The position numbers and the translations under genes were made by a program. Positions 1 through 8,478 of a stretch of 64,000 bases of DNA are shown here, in pieces (the first letter of the stretch is position 1; the number at the start of each line of letters is the position of its first letter). A model generated the notes under the pieces. The model searched no databases. It saw nothing but the letters and a program-made list of their open reading frames with translations, and was not told where the DNA came from. The stretch covers positions 96,001-160,000 of IMG/VR virus record IMGVR_UViG_2595698668_000001, one strand, 5' to 3'. Source of the DNA: a virus (taxonomy: Duplodnaviria > Caudoviricetes).

Positions 1-267
1 TGCAAATTCTCTATACATTTCAGGTTCATTATCATAAAGATAATTGGTTAACTTCATATTCACGTTACAGTTAAAGCAACCAAACCGGACATGACCCTCT
101 GATTCGTATAACCACCCACGGGTTTTACTGTAGTCAGTTTTACTATCACCACATACAGGACAGCGGAAATTATACTTTACCTCAACACCACGGGAGTGAT
201 CTGTGCACAATTCCATCCGGTAACTAAGTCTAGTTGCAAACTGTCGTTCTATATAAATTATGTTCAT
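1..267 (-). CDS. 61: DNA primase, N-terminal part (runs off window start)
   Basis: Manual translation from ATG at 267: MNIIYIERQF...FRCPVCGDSKTDYSKTRGWLY...GCFNC, the T4 gp61 zinc-binding domain; lies downstream of gp41 as in T4. Confidence 0.92.
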   Translation of the reverse strand, partial: MNIIYIERQFATRLSYRMELCTDHSRGVEVKYNFRCPVCGDSKTDYSKTRGWLYESEGHVRFGCFNCNVNMKLTNYLYDNEPEMYREFA

Positions 268-324
268 ATAAAAATCCTCTTTCAACCTATGATATCACAC
301 TCACCAAAAACAATAAAGCCCCAA

Positions 325-774
325 TTACGGGGCTTTTGCTTCAATTTTACGACGCTCTTTTTTCTTACCCATGACAGACGGGCCTTTATCTGTAACAGAA
401 CCAGATTTTACCCCAGTTGCGATATTTGTCACATTACCCCCGGAATCACCAGCGATCATCTCTTCATACAACATTTCAATTGTGTATTCTGATTGACCAT
501 ATGATTCTGTTAAAGTGTCATATCCAGCCTTCACCGCCAACGATTTAGATACCGATTCACCACCATACTTTTGAAGGTTTATTTTCAGTGATCTAATTGC
601 TGCGTGAAATGATGTATACGCCGCTTTTTCTCTCACGGTTTCCGGCTTCTTAATAAACTCACCGGCTTCGTCGATAATACCGCGTTTGTATGCTTCCCAA
701 TTACGAAATGGTTTTCTTAATAGGTCTAGCATACGGACGGAATAAATCCCGTCCATAATAGTTTTAATACTCAC
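325..774 (-). CDS. conserved T4-like hypothetical protein (gp61.1-like)
   Basis: LLRKPFRNWEAYKRGIIDEAG motif; GGAGG RBS before GTG; ACTAAATA late-type motif at 799-806. Confidence 0.6.
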   Translation of the reverse strand: MSIKTIMDGIYSVRMLDLLRKPFRNWEAYKRGIIDEAGEFIKKPETVREKAAYTSFHAAIRSLKINLQKYGGESVSKSLAVKAGYDTLTESYGQSEYTIEMLYEEMIAGDSGGNVTNIATGVKSGSVTDKGPSVMGKKKERRKIEAKAP

Positions 775-801
775 GTTAAATCCTCCTTGGTATCCTTTTA
801 T

Positions 802-2364
802 TTAGTTATCCCAAGGCGCGTCGTCTTCATGTGTTTGTTCAGCAAGGAGATCGTTGAAGTCAACTTCTGTTTTACTCATACGGCGTTTGAACATAGAACC
901 ACCCATCGGAGTAGTATCAATTTCATCAACAACTTCCGGAGTTACTTCTACAGGAACAGAAGTAATTTCATCACCACGACGAACAATAACCGCATCGTCT
1001 TGAATATCAGAACGTTCTTCCAGATCCTTCCTTTCGAATACAACAGTATATGGAGTTGTTTCGTCAAGGTCAGACCAACGCATTTTAGCTTTTTCTACAA
1101 CCATACAGAATTTATTATGGGTGTTGATATCGCCATAACGAGATTTAAGTTGCTTAAACAACTGTTGTCCCATCTGTACCAGATCTTCATCTTCTGAAAT
1201 TGCCAATACGAAGTCGCAACCATGAAGAAGTGCATAAGAATCTGCAATATCAGCTTTGTCGATCTCAAGGGAACCAGAAGACCCACGGTTGGTTTGTGCA
1301 CCAGACCAAGCAACAATTTTCTTCTCGATAGCAAGTCCACGTACTTCTTCTGAAATTGCCTTGATGAAAGAGTAAGAGTTATCAGAGAACTTCATACGGG
1401 ACGAAGCCATGATACCTAGGTAGTCTACCATGATAACATCTGGCTTGAAACCTTTTTTCATTTCAAGCTCATCCATCAGGTTTCTGATGTGGTTTACGTT
1501 TGCCCCTGATGTTGGGAACTGTTTGACATAAAGCTTACCAAGCTTTTTACCTGCAACCTTTTTGTTGAACCGGTTCATGAACTCAGATTTTTGGATAAGC
1601 CCACTATCTAGCTCGTCTAGAGTCAGATCCATTAGGTTTGCGTCGATACGCTTACCTACAGTCTCTTCTGACATCTCAAACGAGACGTACAACACGTTCA
1701 ACCCGAGTTGCATATACTCAGTTGCAAGGTGACACAGACCGATAGACTTACCAACGCCAGTACCGGCTAGAATAACGTTCAGTGTACCACGTTCAACCCC
1801 ACCCTTGGTGATCCGGTTCAGCATATGATTCAGGAAAGGGATCTTATTTGTCTTTTGGTTATATGCTTCCCAACGTTCTTCTGCGCTGTTCATATAATCA
1901 TGACCAACATCAAAAGTAAAGCCAACAGACATAGCCTTTTTCATGATCTCTTGCATTGCCCCGATATCTTTTATTTTCGGGTCTTGCTCATCCAGTGGTT
2001 TGGCGAAGTTTTCACGGATCTGGATACACTCAGATAATGCGATATCGATAGCACGTTCTTTACAGAAAGATTCTGTTTCTTCAATCAACCAGTTTTTATC
2101 TTCTGGGATTTGTTCAATTCGAGATACCAGAACTTTAGTCTGATCATACTCTACTTGACTCATATTCTGTTTGCGTTCCAGCATAACATCCAGAGCCGCA
2201 ACCGATGGGGCTTTGTTATGCTTTTTTGCATAGGTATCAATCAAGTCAAATGCAATACGATAAGGCCCCTTAGAGAAATATTCAGATTTAAGAAAAGGGT
2301 ACACCTTACCAAAATACTCGCCGTTGAAAACGAGGTTATTGATAATAATTTGTGAAATACTCAT
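802..2364 (-). CDS. 41: replicative DNA helicase gp41 with acidic C-terminal extension
   Basis: Walker A AGTGVGKS, VDYLGI, AQTNR, KSRYGD motifs; synteny; ATG at 2364 chosen from RBS spacing. Confidence 0.97.
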   Translation of the reverse strand: MSISQIIINNLVFNGEYFGKVYPFLKSEYFSKGPYRIAFDLIDTYAKKHNKAPSVAALDVMLERKQNMSQVEYDQTKVLVSRIEQIPEDKNWLIEETESFCKERAIDIALSECIQIRENFAKPLDEQDPKIKDIGAMQEIMKKAMSVGFTFDVGHDYMNSAEERWEAYNQKTNKIPFLNHMLNRITKGGVERGTLNVILAGTGVGKSIGLCHLATEYMQLGLNVLYVSFEMSEETVGKRIDANLMDLTLDELDSGLIQKSEFMNRFNKKVAGKKLGKLYVKQFPTSGANVNHIRNLMDELEMKKGFKPDVIMVDYLGIMASSRMKFSDNSYSFIKAISEEVRGLAIEKKIVAWSGAQTNRGSSGSLEIDKADIADSYALLHGCDFVLAISEDEDLVQMGQQLFKQLKSRYGDINTHNKFCMVVEKAKMRWSDLDETTPYTVVFERKDLEERSDIQDDAVIVRRGDEITSVPVEVTPEVVDEIDTTPMGGSMFKRRMSKTEVDFNDLLAEQTHEDDAPWDN

Positions 2365-2383
2365 TAAAAACACCTGTAAAAAG

Positions 2384-2429
2384 AAAAGTCGCTTACGTTA
2401 AAGATTATCCCATAACGTAAGCGACTTTT
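2384..2429. terminator. long perfect hairpin (17-bp stem, 12-nt loop), probable bidirectional terminator
   Basis: aaaagtcgcttacgtta-N12-taacgtaagcgactttt. Confidence 0.7.
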
Positions 2430-2436
2430 TAATTAT

Positions 2437-2952
2437 TTATACAACCTTTTTCTGTGAGGAAAAATGAAGAATACCGGTATCATTCAGCACGAACGGTACA
2501 TCGTCCTCGGTGATGATATGCATCCAGAACCTAGCCTTATATTTGTATTGACGAACCCGTTTTACCCGATTCACAACACCACCATCAGGAGTACAATATT
2601 GAGCTGCATATAGAGCCTGATAGGGGCTCTTGCGGTCATATAGACTCAGAACTTGATGGTTCTCTGCACACAACCAAGATTTCCCGTTAGACATATGGAT
2701 TTCCCATACGTTCGGGTTGACCGGTTCTGTGAACTCCGTATCGACCATACGTAAGATCGTTGCGTATTTACCGGTTTCTGGTCCCTTTAGAAGGATCCGG
2801 TTGCCCTGTTGAATCTCTAGAAGTTGATATAGAGTCCATGTTTGTTCCCTCATGTCCCCATAAATGTCGGGAGCGCAAAAGGTAACAAGGGTATCCTCTG
2901 GAAATCCAGTTACATCATAACAATCATTACGGTCGCAGGTTTGTTCTGTCAT
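2437..2952 (-). CDS. stand-alone degenerate Hint (intein-like) domain protein, 171 aa
   Basis: GFPEDTLV (block A-like), VWEIHMSNGKSWLCAENHQVL (block B-like), MHIITEDDVPFVLNDTGILHFS (block F/G-like); AAGGA RBS before ATG 2952. Confidence 0.65.
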   Translation of the reverse strand: MTEQTCDRNDCYDVTGFPEDTLVTFCAPDIYGDMREQTWTLYQLLEIQQGNRILLKGPETGKYATILRMVDTEFTEPVNPNVWEIHMSNGKSWLCAENHQVLSLYDRKSPYQALYAAQYCTPDGGVVNRVKRVRQYKYKARFWMHIITEDDVPFVLNDTGILHFSSQKKVV

Positions 2953-2953
2953 T

Positions 2954-3244
2954 TTATTTCCTTTTGAAAAGATCAAGAAAACGCCCAAAGAAAGATTTTT
3001 CAATCTCAACATTGGTTTGGTTATACATGGCTTGTACTGCATTTTTAACATGTGGATATAGTTCTTCCTTCATGTCTTCATGTGGGGTACTCCAATCTAA
3101 TACAACCTTTCCATCATGATACTGTATATCGTTGATAAACACAAGAAAATTCTCACTATCAATCCGGATAACCAATTCGGTTTGTACATTCTTTAATGCG
3201 TCATTGATTACATCTTTATAGGTATCTTCGTTTATTTCTTCCAT
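2954..3244 (-). CDS. 40: head vertex (portal) assembly chaperone gp40
   Basis: ELVIR...VFINDIQYHDGKVVLDWSTP...ELYPHV matches gp40 pattern; position between uvsX and gp41. Confidence 0.85.
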   Translation of the reverse strand: MEEINEDTYKDVINDALKNVQTELVIRIDSENFLVFINDIQYHDGKVVLDWSTPHEDMKEELYPHVKNAVQAMYNQTNVEIEKSFFGRFLDLFKRK

Positions 3245-3285
3245 ATATTACCTGTAAGAAATAGACCTAGTTTCCTAGGTCATTG

Positions 3286-3717
3286 TTATTTAGGGATGAT
3301 ACTAACCTTGGCATTACAAGAGGCTGCAACAGGATAAACTATTTCATCAAAATACTTTTTATTTTTGAAACCATCTAATACCAAAAGATGACTATAGGAG
3401 AACCCTTTTAGTCCTAATGGGTCTCTTACTAAGACGAAATACGATTCGTTTTCAAGTTTTATGTATTTTGAATTTGAGGCCAAAACGAATTCATCACCAA
3501 AAATATTACCCAATTCTTTTAATTGATATTTTATCTCATTGAATATAGTTCCATTCATTGGTTCCATAACAATGGTTTTTCTCCCTTGGGAATTAAAATA
3601 ACAATCATGAACAGCAGCCGAAACTGGGGTATCCTGAACTCCGATGTGAGTCAAATAAAAACCATAGTCGTTACGAAGATTAATAAACAATTCTACTATT
3701 TCTTTTGTTAAATTCAT
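3286..3717 (-). CDS. degenerate terminase large-subunit ATPase-domain-like protein, 143 aa
   Basis: Collinear similarity by eye to this window's gp17 ([78 protein letters not shown]); AGGA RBS before ATG 3717. Confidence 0.6.
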   Translation of the reverse strand: MNLTKEIVELFINLRNDYGFYLTHIGVQDTPVSAAVHDCYFNSQGRKTIVMEPMNGTIFNEIKYQLKELGNIFGDEFVLASNSKYIKLENESYFVLVRDPLGLKGFSYSHLLVLDGFKNKKYFDEIVYPVAASCNAKVSIIPK

Positions 3718-3752
3718 AATAATCCTATAATGGGGCTTTCGCCCCAATAATA

Positions 3753-4862
3753 TTAACCAAACAACTGGTCAACTTCATCAAACACTTCCTGAGATACTTC
3801 AACTGCTTTCAGTTTATAAGCGTCGGATACCGCATCCATAAAAGGCTTGTGAGAAAACATAGGTTTCCAGAATTCCAGAGAGTTGGAATCCTCTTCTGTC
3901 CATTTCTTTTCATCATCGGTGATCAGATACATCTCGCCGGTTTCAAGGTCGAGATAATTTCGCTGATAACGTGCGTTTTGTGGTTTGGTAACAAAACCAA
4001 GTTCTTGTGCAATCTTTAGCAAACCAGAGTATGTATTAATACCACCTTGGAAGGAAACTTGCAAGTCTAATTTGGATTTTTCTTTGATAGTGCGGCTCTT
4101 TTCCGCATTCATCACAAAGTTATAACCCAACAGCTCTTTACCATCTTTATCCTGTTGCTTACCAAGAATGATAACGGTGTCAGCGGAATACATCGGACCA
4201 GTACCACCAGACATAACAGTTTTGCTGTACATCTCTTGGGTTTCGTATGTGTGGTTTACAGCAATACACGGAATGTCGTTGACAGTCAGGTAAGGAGTAA
4301 CCATACGGAACAGACTCTTAATCTGCTTTGCACGGGTCATATCCTGTGCAGACTTTTCATTCTTCGCATCTTCTAGTTCTTTCTTAGAAGCAACGTTACC
4401 AATAGAGTCAATATAGATAATAACCTTATCACCACGTTTGACTGCTTCCAGTTTCTTAACGATGTCGAATTTAAGTTCTTCTACGTCAATAAACGGACAA
4501 TGTACAACCCGTTCAATATCCACACCTTGAGAAGTAAAATAATCAGGAGTAGAACCAAATTCGTTATCAAAGAAAAGACAAACTGCATCTGGATACTTAC
4601 GAAGATAAGCAGAAACCAGAACCAAACTCAAGTTAGATTTGAAGTGTTTAGATGGACCGGCAATACAAGTCAGACCCGGCTTCAAACCACCATCAAGATG
4701 ACCACTCAACATCAGGTTAATGATCGGGACACGAGTCCGGATTACATCCTTGTCGTTAAAGAAAACGCTATCGGATAGCATAGAACTCATTTTATTTGAG
4801 GAAGTACCAGACAGACGTTCCAGAAGGGCACCAGTATTAACCGTTTTTGCTTTTTTAGCCAT
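3753..4862 (-). CDS. uvsX: RecA-like recombinase UvsX
   Basis: AGPSKHFKS Walker A, IDSIGN, DMTRAK, SGGTG motifs. Confidence 0.98.
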   Translation of the reverse strand: MAKKAKTVNTGALLERLSGTSSNKMSSMLSDSVFFNDKDVIRTRVPIINLMLSGHLDGGLKPGLTCIAGPSKHFKSNLSLVLVSAYLRKYPDAVCLFFDNEFGSTPDYFTSQGVDIERVVHCPFIDVEELKFDIVKKLEAVKRGDKVIIYIDSIGNVASKKELEDAKNEKSAQDMTRAKQIKSLFRMVTPYLTVNDIPCIAVNHTYETQEMYSKTVMSGGTGPMYSADTVIILGKQQDKDGKELLGYNFVMNAEKSRTIKEKSKLDLQVSFQGGINTYSGLLKIAQELGFVTKPQNARYQRNYLDLETGEMYLITDDEKKWTEEDSNSLEFWKPMFSHKPFMDAVSDAYKLKAVEVSQEVFDEVDQLFG

Positions 4863-4894
4863 TTTAAATATTCCTATAATTTTTGATATATGAT

Positions 4895-5299
4895 TTATTT
4901 GAATTCGCGTTCTAGTTCTTTTCTAATTCTTTTATAAAGACTAAGTTTATCTTCCTTATCAGTTACAGCCATGTCTTCGGGGGTAATATTGTTTCTGGCA
5001 AGCCCAGTCGATTTAACTATCAAAGATTCCCTGAAATGTTCAAAGGAAACGTCTGTATTTTTCCCCCATTTCCGACGAAGGAAGAATACCAGTTTGATAG
5101 CATCAGAATATTCGTTAAGATAAACACATTCAAGTCTCAGGTCGTTATCCATTCCAACTTCTTCTAAAAGTGAAGAAATTATTTCGCCAATATTATTGGG
5201 ATATGGATCCAGATTATCTAGGTCATCTCTTTCGAGCATACGGCTGTGAAGTTTACTTACAACCTCATTTAAATGAGGGTGGGCGTCTTGAATTCTCAT
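4895..5299 (-). CDS. hypothetical protein
   Basis: 134-aa ORF with AAGGA RBS and upstream TGTGATATAAT extended -10. Confidence 0.7.
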   Translation of the reverse strand: MRIQDAHPHLNEVVSKLHSRMLERDDLDNLDPYPNNIGEIISSLLEEVGMDNDLRLECVYLNEYSDAIKLVFFLRRKWGKNTDVSFEHFRESLIVKSTGLARNNITPEDMAVTDKEDKLSLYKRIRKELEREFK

Positions 5300-5367
5300 T
5301 TTACTTTCCTTTCGTTGTTTAATAGGGTGATTATATCACAAACCACCCGTGGTTTTAATTTTCCAAA

Positions 5368-6543
5368 TCAACCAAACAAGTCATCCAGAGAAAAATTCGC
5401 GGGACTTTCTTGTTTCCACCCAATAGCATCACAGATATTACCAAGTGGCTTTTGGAAGTGTTTACAATACATACCAACGAAATCAATATCTTTTTCCGGA
5501 TTAATTCCGAATTCGTCTGGGATCTTATCACCGGAAGGCCAAGCAATAGTTTCGATATGATATTTATTCGGAACCTTCAACATTGCATACTGAATTTTTT
5601 CACCGGAACGGATTGGGTCAACGTAGGATACCGATTTCAACTGATCACAAATCTTGTTGTAGTTAATAGCTGCTTTAACGTGACCGGGACAACCAGATTT
5701 ATGATTGAAAAATTCGTCTGAGTTCTTTTCAATATTATTTGCGCTACTTACTTGTGCAATCTTACGATAATCCTGTTTTGGATATTCACCCTTTACCTTG
5801 TCAACGTGAGCATGGAGATTTGTTTCATTCTCAGTCAAAATGATGTCAATCGCTTTTTCAAGACATTCTGACGCAAAAGGTGGTGTACTGCTGCGGCGTG
5901 TTTCGATACCCATAATCTTGAGCTTTGGAACTACGTTACCATGAGAGTCTAGCTTTCTCTTACCTTCGTTATCCCACACAGAAAGAGCATATCGTTTCTT
6001 AGCGGTCCAGAACCCACGAGTTGCGATTACTTCACGGTCCATGAACAATTTATGATCGAAATAGTTCATGTAATCTTTCAGTTCGCGATAACATTCATCG
6101 ATATATGGCTCAATCATATTCTTTGCAAACTTATCAAGCATATCAACCCATTTAATAGGTTCGACATCCTCAATCTTAACACCTTTCTTGTCTGCCATCA
6201 TTTTAACGAAGTTTTCAACACAAACATATTGGGAGTCAGTATCACAATAGATAACGTAGTCTACGTCTTCTGTATTACACAGCTTATTGAAATATTCATT
6301 CGTTTTTCTGGCAATCCATTTAATGGATAGCTGACCACCCATCGTAATTGATTCTGCCATTCTTAGATCATAATAGCGACCCACTGGATGACCCAAAGAC
6401 CCATAAAGAGAGTTGATCAATACCTTTTTTGCTTGTTGGGTTACGTTACATACTTTCTCATATTTCCGACAGTCAGAGATGAGCTTTTTCAGCTCATCGT
6501 CTGTCATATTTTCCAATTGTTCATCGGTATAATCTAGATTCAT
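5368..6543 (-). CDS. 43B: DNA polymerase C-terminal subunit gp43B
   Basis: KKVLINSLYG (motif B), YCDTDS (motif C), KKRYAL, C-terminal clamp-binding SLDDLFG. Confidence 0.96.
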   Translation of the reverse strand: MNLDYTDEQLENMTDDELKKLISDCRKYEKVCNVTQQAKKVLINSLYGSLGHPVGRYYDLRMAESITMGGQLSIKWIARKTNEYFNKLCNTEDVDYVIYCDTDSQYVCVENFVKMMADKKGVKIEDVEPIKWVDMLDKFAKNMIEPYIDECYRELKDYMNYFDHKLFMDREVIATRGFWTAKKRYALSVWDNEGKRKLDSHGNVVPKLKIMGIETRRSSTPPFASECLEKAIDIILTENETNLHAHVDKVKGEYPKQDYRKIAQVSSANNIEKNSDEFFNHKSGCPGHVKAAINYNKICDQLKSVSYVDPIRSGEKIQYAMLKVPNKYHIETIAWPSGDKIPDEFGINPEKDIDFVGMYCKHFQKPLGNICDAIGWKQESPANFSLDDLFG

Positions 6544-8063
6544 TTATCATTCCTCTTTGCCAAGATTGCAGCAGCTCTAGTTGCAAGGGCATCAGCTTTA
6601 AACTCTTCGGTCTTGGCTTGTTTCCGTTGGACAAACACCTTCTCAACTTCAATAGGAAGGAAACCGCGTTTGTCATTTCGATAACGAACACCATTTGGGG
6701 CGACGGAATATTTACCTTCATGAGGAACATCAAACGTCTTGTTAACCAAACCCATACCTTCAATATCCGGAACCATGCGGTCTTTAACCAAGATACGAGG
6801 GAAGTCAATCTGATCAACCAAAGTCTCGGGAGAAATATTCTTACCCATGATTTCGTGTGGATAAAGCGAAGTCAAGTCAAACGACAGAAGCCATTCATAC
6901 AATCCCGGAATCGGATCCTTAACATACGCACCCGCAAACTTAGACCGTTGAGCGTGTTTGTTTTCTGGAATAATCACGTTGTTGGCAAGGAGACTGTTAT
7001 AAATGATAGCATCCCAAGTTTTCAACGGACTGAATACGTCTGGTGCGTTGATACTCGCATAATAGGACACAGACGCAATCAGGAATATCAAACTCAAGGT
7101 TTCTTCCAGTCGTTTGATAATTTCAACGTCTCGAATAGAGTAATCGATATAAGTTTGTGGATCCTTTTCAGCAAACATCAAGTAAGTTTTATAAGTCATT
7201 TCGACTTTATTTGTTTTCAGTTCTGCTTCCGCAATCGTATCTAGTTTATAGTTTGGTCGAGTGGTAAAAGTAAACTTCTTATATGCTGCCATGAAGTCAA
7301 CACAGTTTACACCTTGGATAGTGTAGGTGGTGTAATCTTCATCGTTGTCATCCTTTTGGGTGATCTCTGTAGTCTCACCAAATGGACTCAGCTTATGGAT
7401 AAATTTTTCACCAAGGACTTTTTTAATACGACCCATGATATAGGGAATATCAAAAAACTCACTATTCCACCCACTAAGATAATGTGGTGTATTCGTACAG
7501 AAAAAGTGCATGAACTTAATCAGGATTTCTTTTTCAGAACCACACAAAACATATTCCACATCATCGAGAACTTTTTTATCTAGAATAGATTTACATGCAT
7601 CCCATTCACGGATAGTCCAGATATAATATTTTTTTGATTTGGTACTATAGATCTGAATGGTATCTATTTCATACTTAGTTTCTTCTGCTTGTGGGAAAGG
7701 TCCATCAGTTGGGACTTCGATATCCAAAAACATAATATCAAGATATGTATAGTCATAATACACATTAGAACCGTAAGTATCAGAGATATATTGGAATGTG
7801 TAATTATCCATACCCAATACGTCTTTTCCCATAGACTGCATGTCTTTAAACCATTTCCTAGCTTCACCAACAGAATCTAGTTTCTTGGGCAAACAACGCT
7901 TACCGAAAATATCCCGATACGGAGTCTCAATATGATCACCAACATGACGATACATAGTTGGTTCATATCTAACCTTTCGGATCTTATCATTACCGTTATC
8001 ATCGAAATACCGGTCATAAATGGTATTTCCATCTAGCCAAACACTTGTATAAAAATTCATCAC
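6540..8063 (-). CDS. 43A: DNA polymerase N-terminal subunit gp43A (exonuclease + motif A)
   Basis: DIEV (ExoI), GWNSEFFDIPY (ExoII), YSIRDV (ExoIII), SFDLTSLYP (motif A); stop overlaps 43B start as ATGA. Confidence 0.96.
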   Translation of the reverse strand: MMNFYTSVWLDGNTIYDRYFDDNGNDKIRKVRYEPTMYRHVGDHIETPYRDIFGKRCLPKKLDSVGEARKWFKDMQSMGKDVLGMDNYTFQYISDTYGSNVYYDYTYLDIMFLDIEVPTDGPFPQAEETKYEIDTIQIYSTKSKKYYIWTIREWDACKSILDKKVLDDVEYVLCGSEKEILIKFMHFFCTNTPHYLSGWNSEFFDIPYIMGRIKKVLGEKFIHKLSPFGETTEITQKDDNDEDYTTYTIQGVNCVDFMAAYKKFTFTTRPNYKLDTIAEAELKTNKVEMTYKTYLMFAEKDPQTYIDYSIRDVEIIKRLEETLSLIFLIASVSYYASINAPDVFSPLKTWDAIIYNSLLANNVIIPENKHAQRSKFAGAYVKDPIPGLYEWLLSFDLTSLYPHEIMGKNISPETLVDQIDFPRILVKDRMVPDIEGMGLVNKTFDVPHEGKYSVAPNGVRYRNDKRGFLPIEVEKVFVQRKQAKTEEFKADALATRAAAILAKRNDK

Positions 8064-8082
8064 ATAATCCTCTTATAGATAC

Positions 8083-8102
8083 GGGGATCTTATCAGATCC
8101 CC
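8083..8102 (-). promoter_or_regulatory. hairpin upstream of gene 43A Shine-Dalgarno, probable autogenous translational operator
   Basis: GGGGATCT-GATA-AGATCCCC just 5' of AAGAGGA SD; same position as the T4 gene 43 operator hairpin. Confidence 0.6.
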
Positions 8103-8111
8103 ATAGATGGT

Positions 8112-8474
8112 TTAACTTTTCTTGAAAATATACTTACTTTTTAAAGTCCAATCTGGTTTATCTTTATGTTGGATAATGTGGAATTCATAAACTTTGGGTG
8201 GGTTGATTAGGTCTATGATAGAGCACAAACCCCAATCTTCTAAAAGAGATGTAATGTCGTCTCGACGGTCGATGTCCTCTTGGGAGATCACAACATCAAG
8301 TCCATCCCGACGTAATAGCTCTTTGAAGTGAGCAATATAATAGAAACCATGTTTTCTAACAATGTGACAACTTTGCCACAACTTTTTTTGTTCTCGGTTT
8401 GCAATACCGATACGGGTTAGGGTTTCTTGAATTGAAAGGAAGTCTGTTGCTTCCTGAATACCGATACGAATCAT
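8112..8474 (-). CDS. regA: translational repressor RegA
   Basis: DFLSIQETLTRIGIAN...LWQSCHI...YYIAHFKEL. Confidence 0.96.
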   Translation of the reverse strand: MIRIGIQEATDFLSIQETLTRIGIANREQKKLWQSCHIVRKHGFYYIAHFKELLRRDGLDVVISQEDIDRRDDITSLLEDWGLCSIIDLINPPKVYEFHIIQHKDKPDWTLKSKYIFKKS

Positions 8475-8478
8475 ATTT

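Noticed and set aside
2437-2952. Active or split intein that trans-splices gp41 or joins gp43A and gp43B
   Set aside because: No terminal nucleophile or Asn, no exteins, and neither gp41 nor the gp43 halves carry intein fragments
6521-6817. Alternative-frame ORF across the 43A/43B junction as a possible frameshift bridge
   Set aside because: It is in a third frame and stops at 6521; no slippery site evident; the ATGA overlap explains the junction
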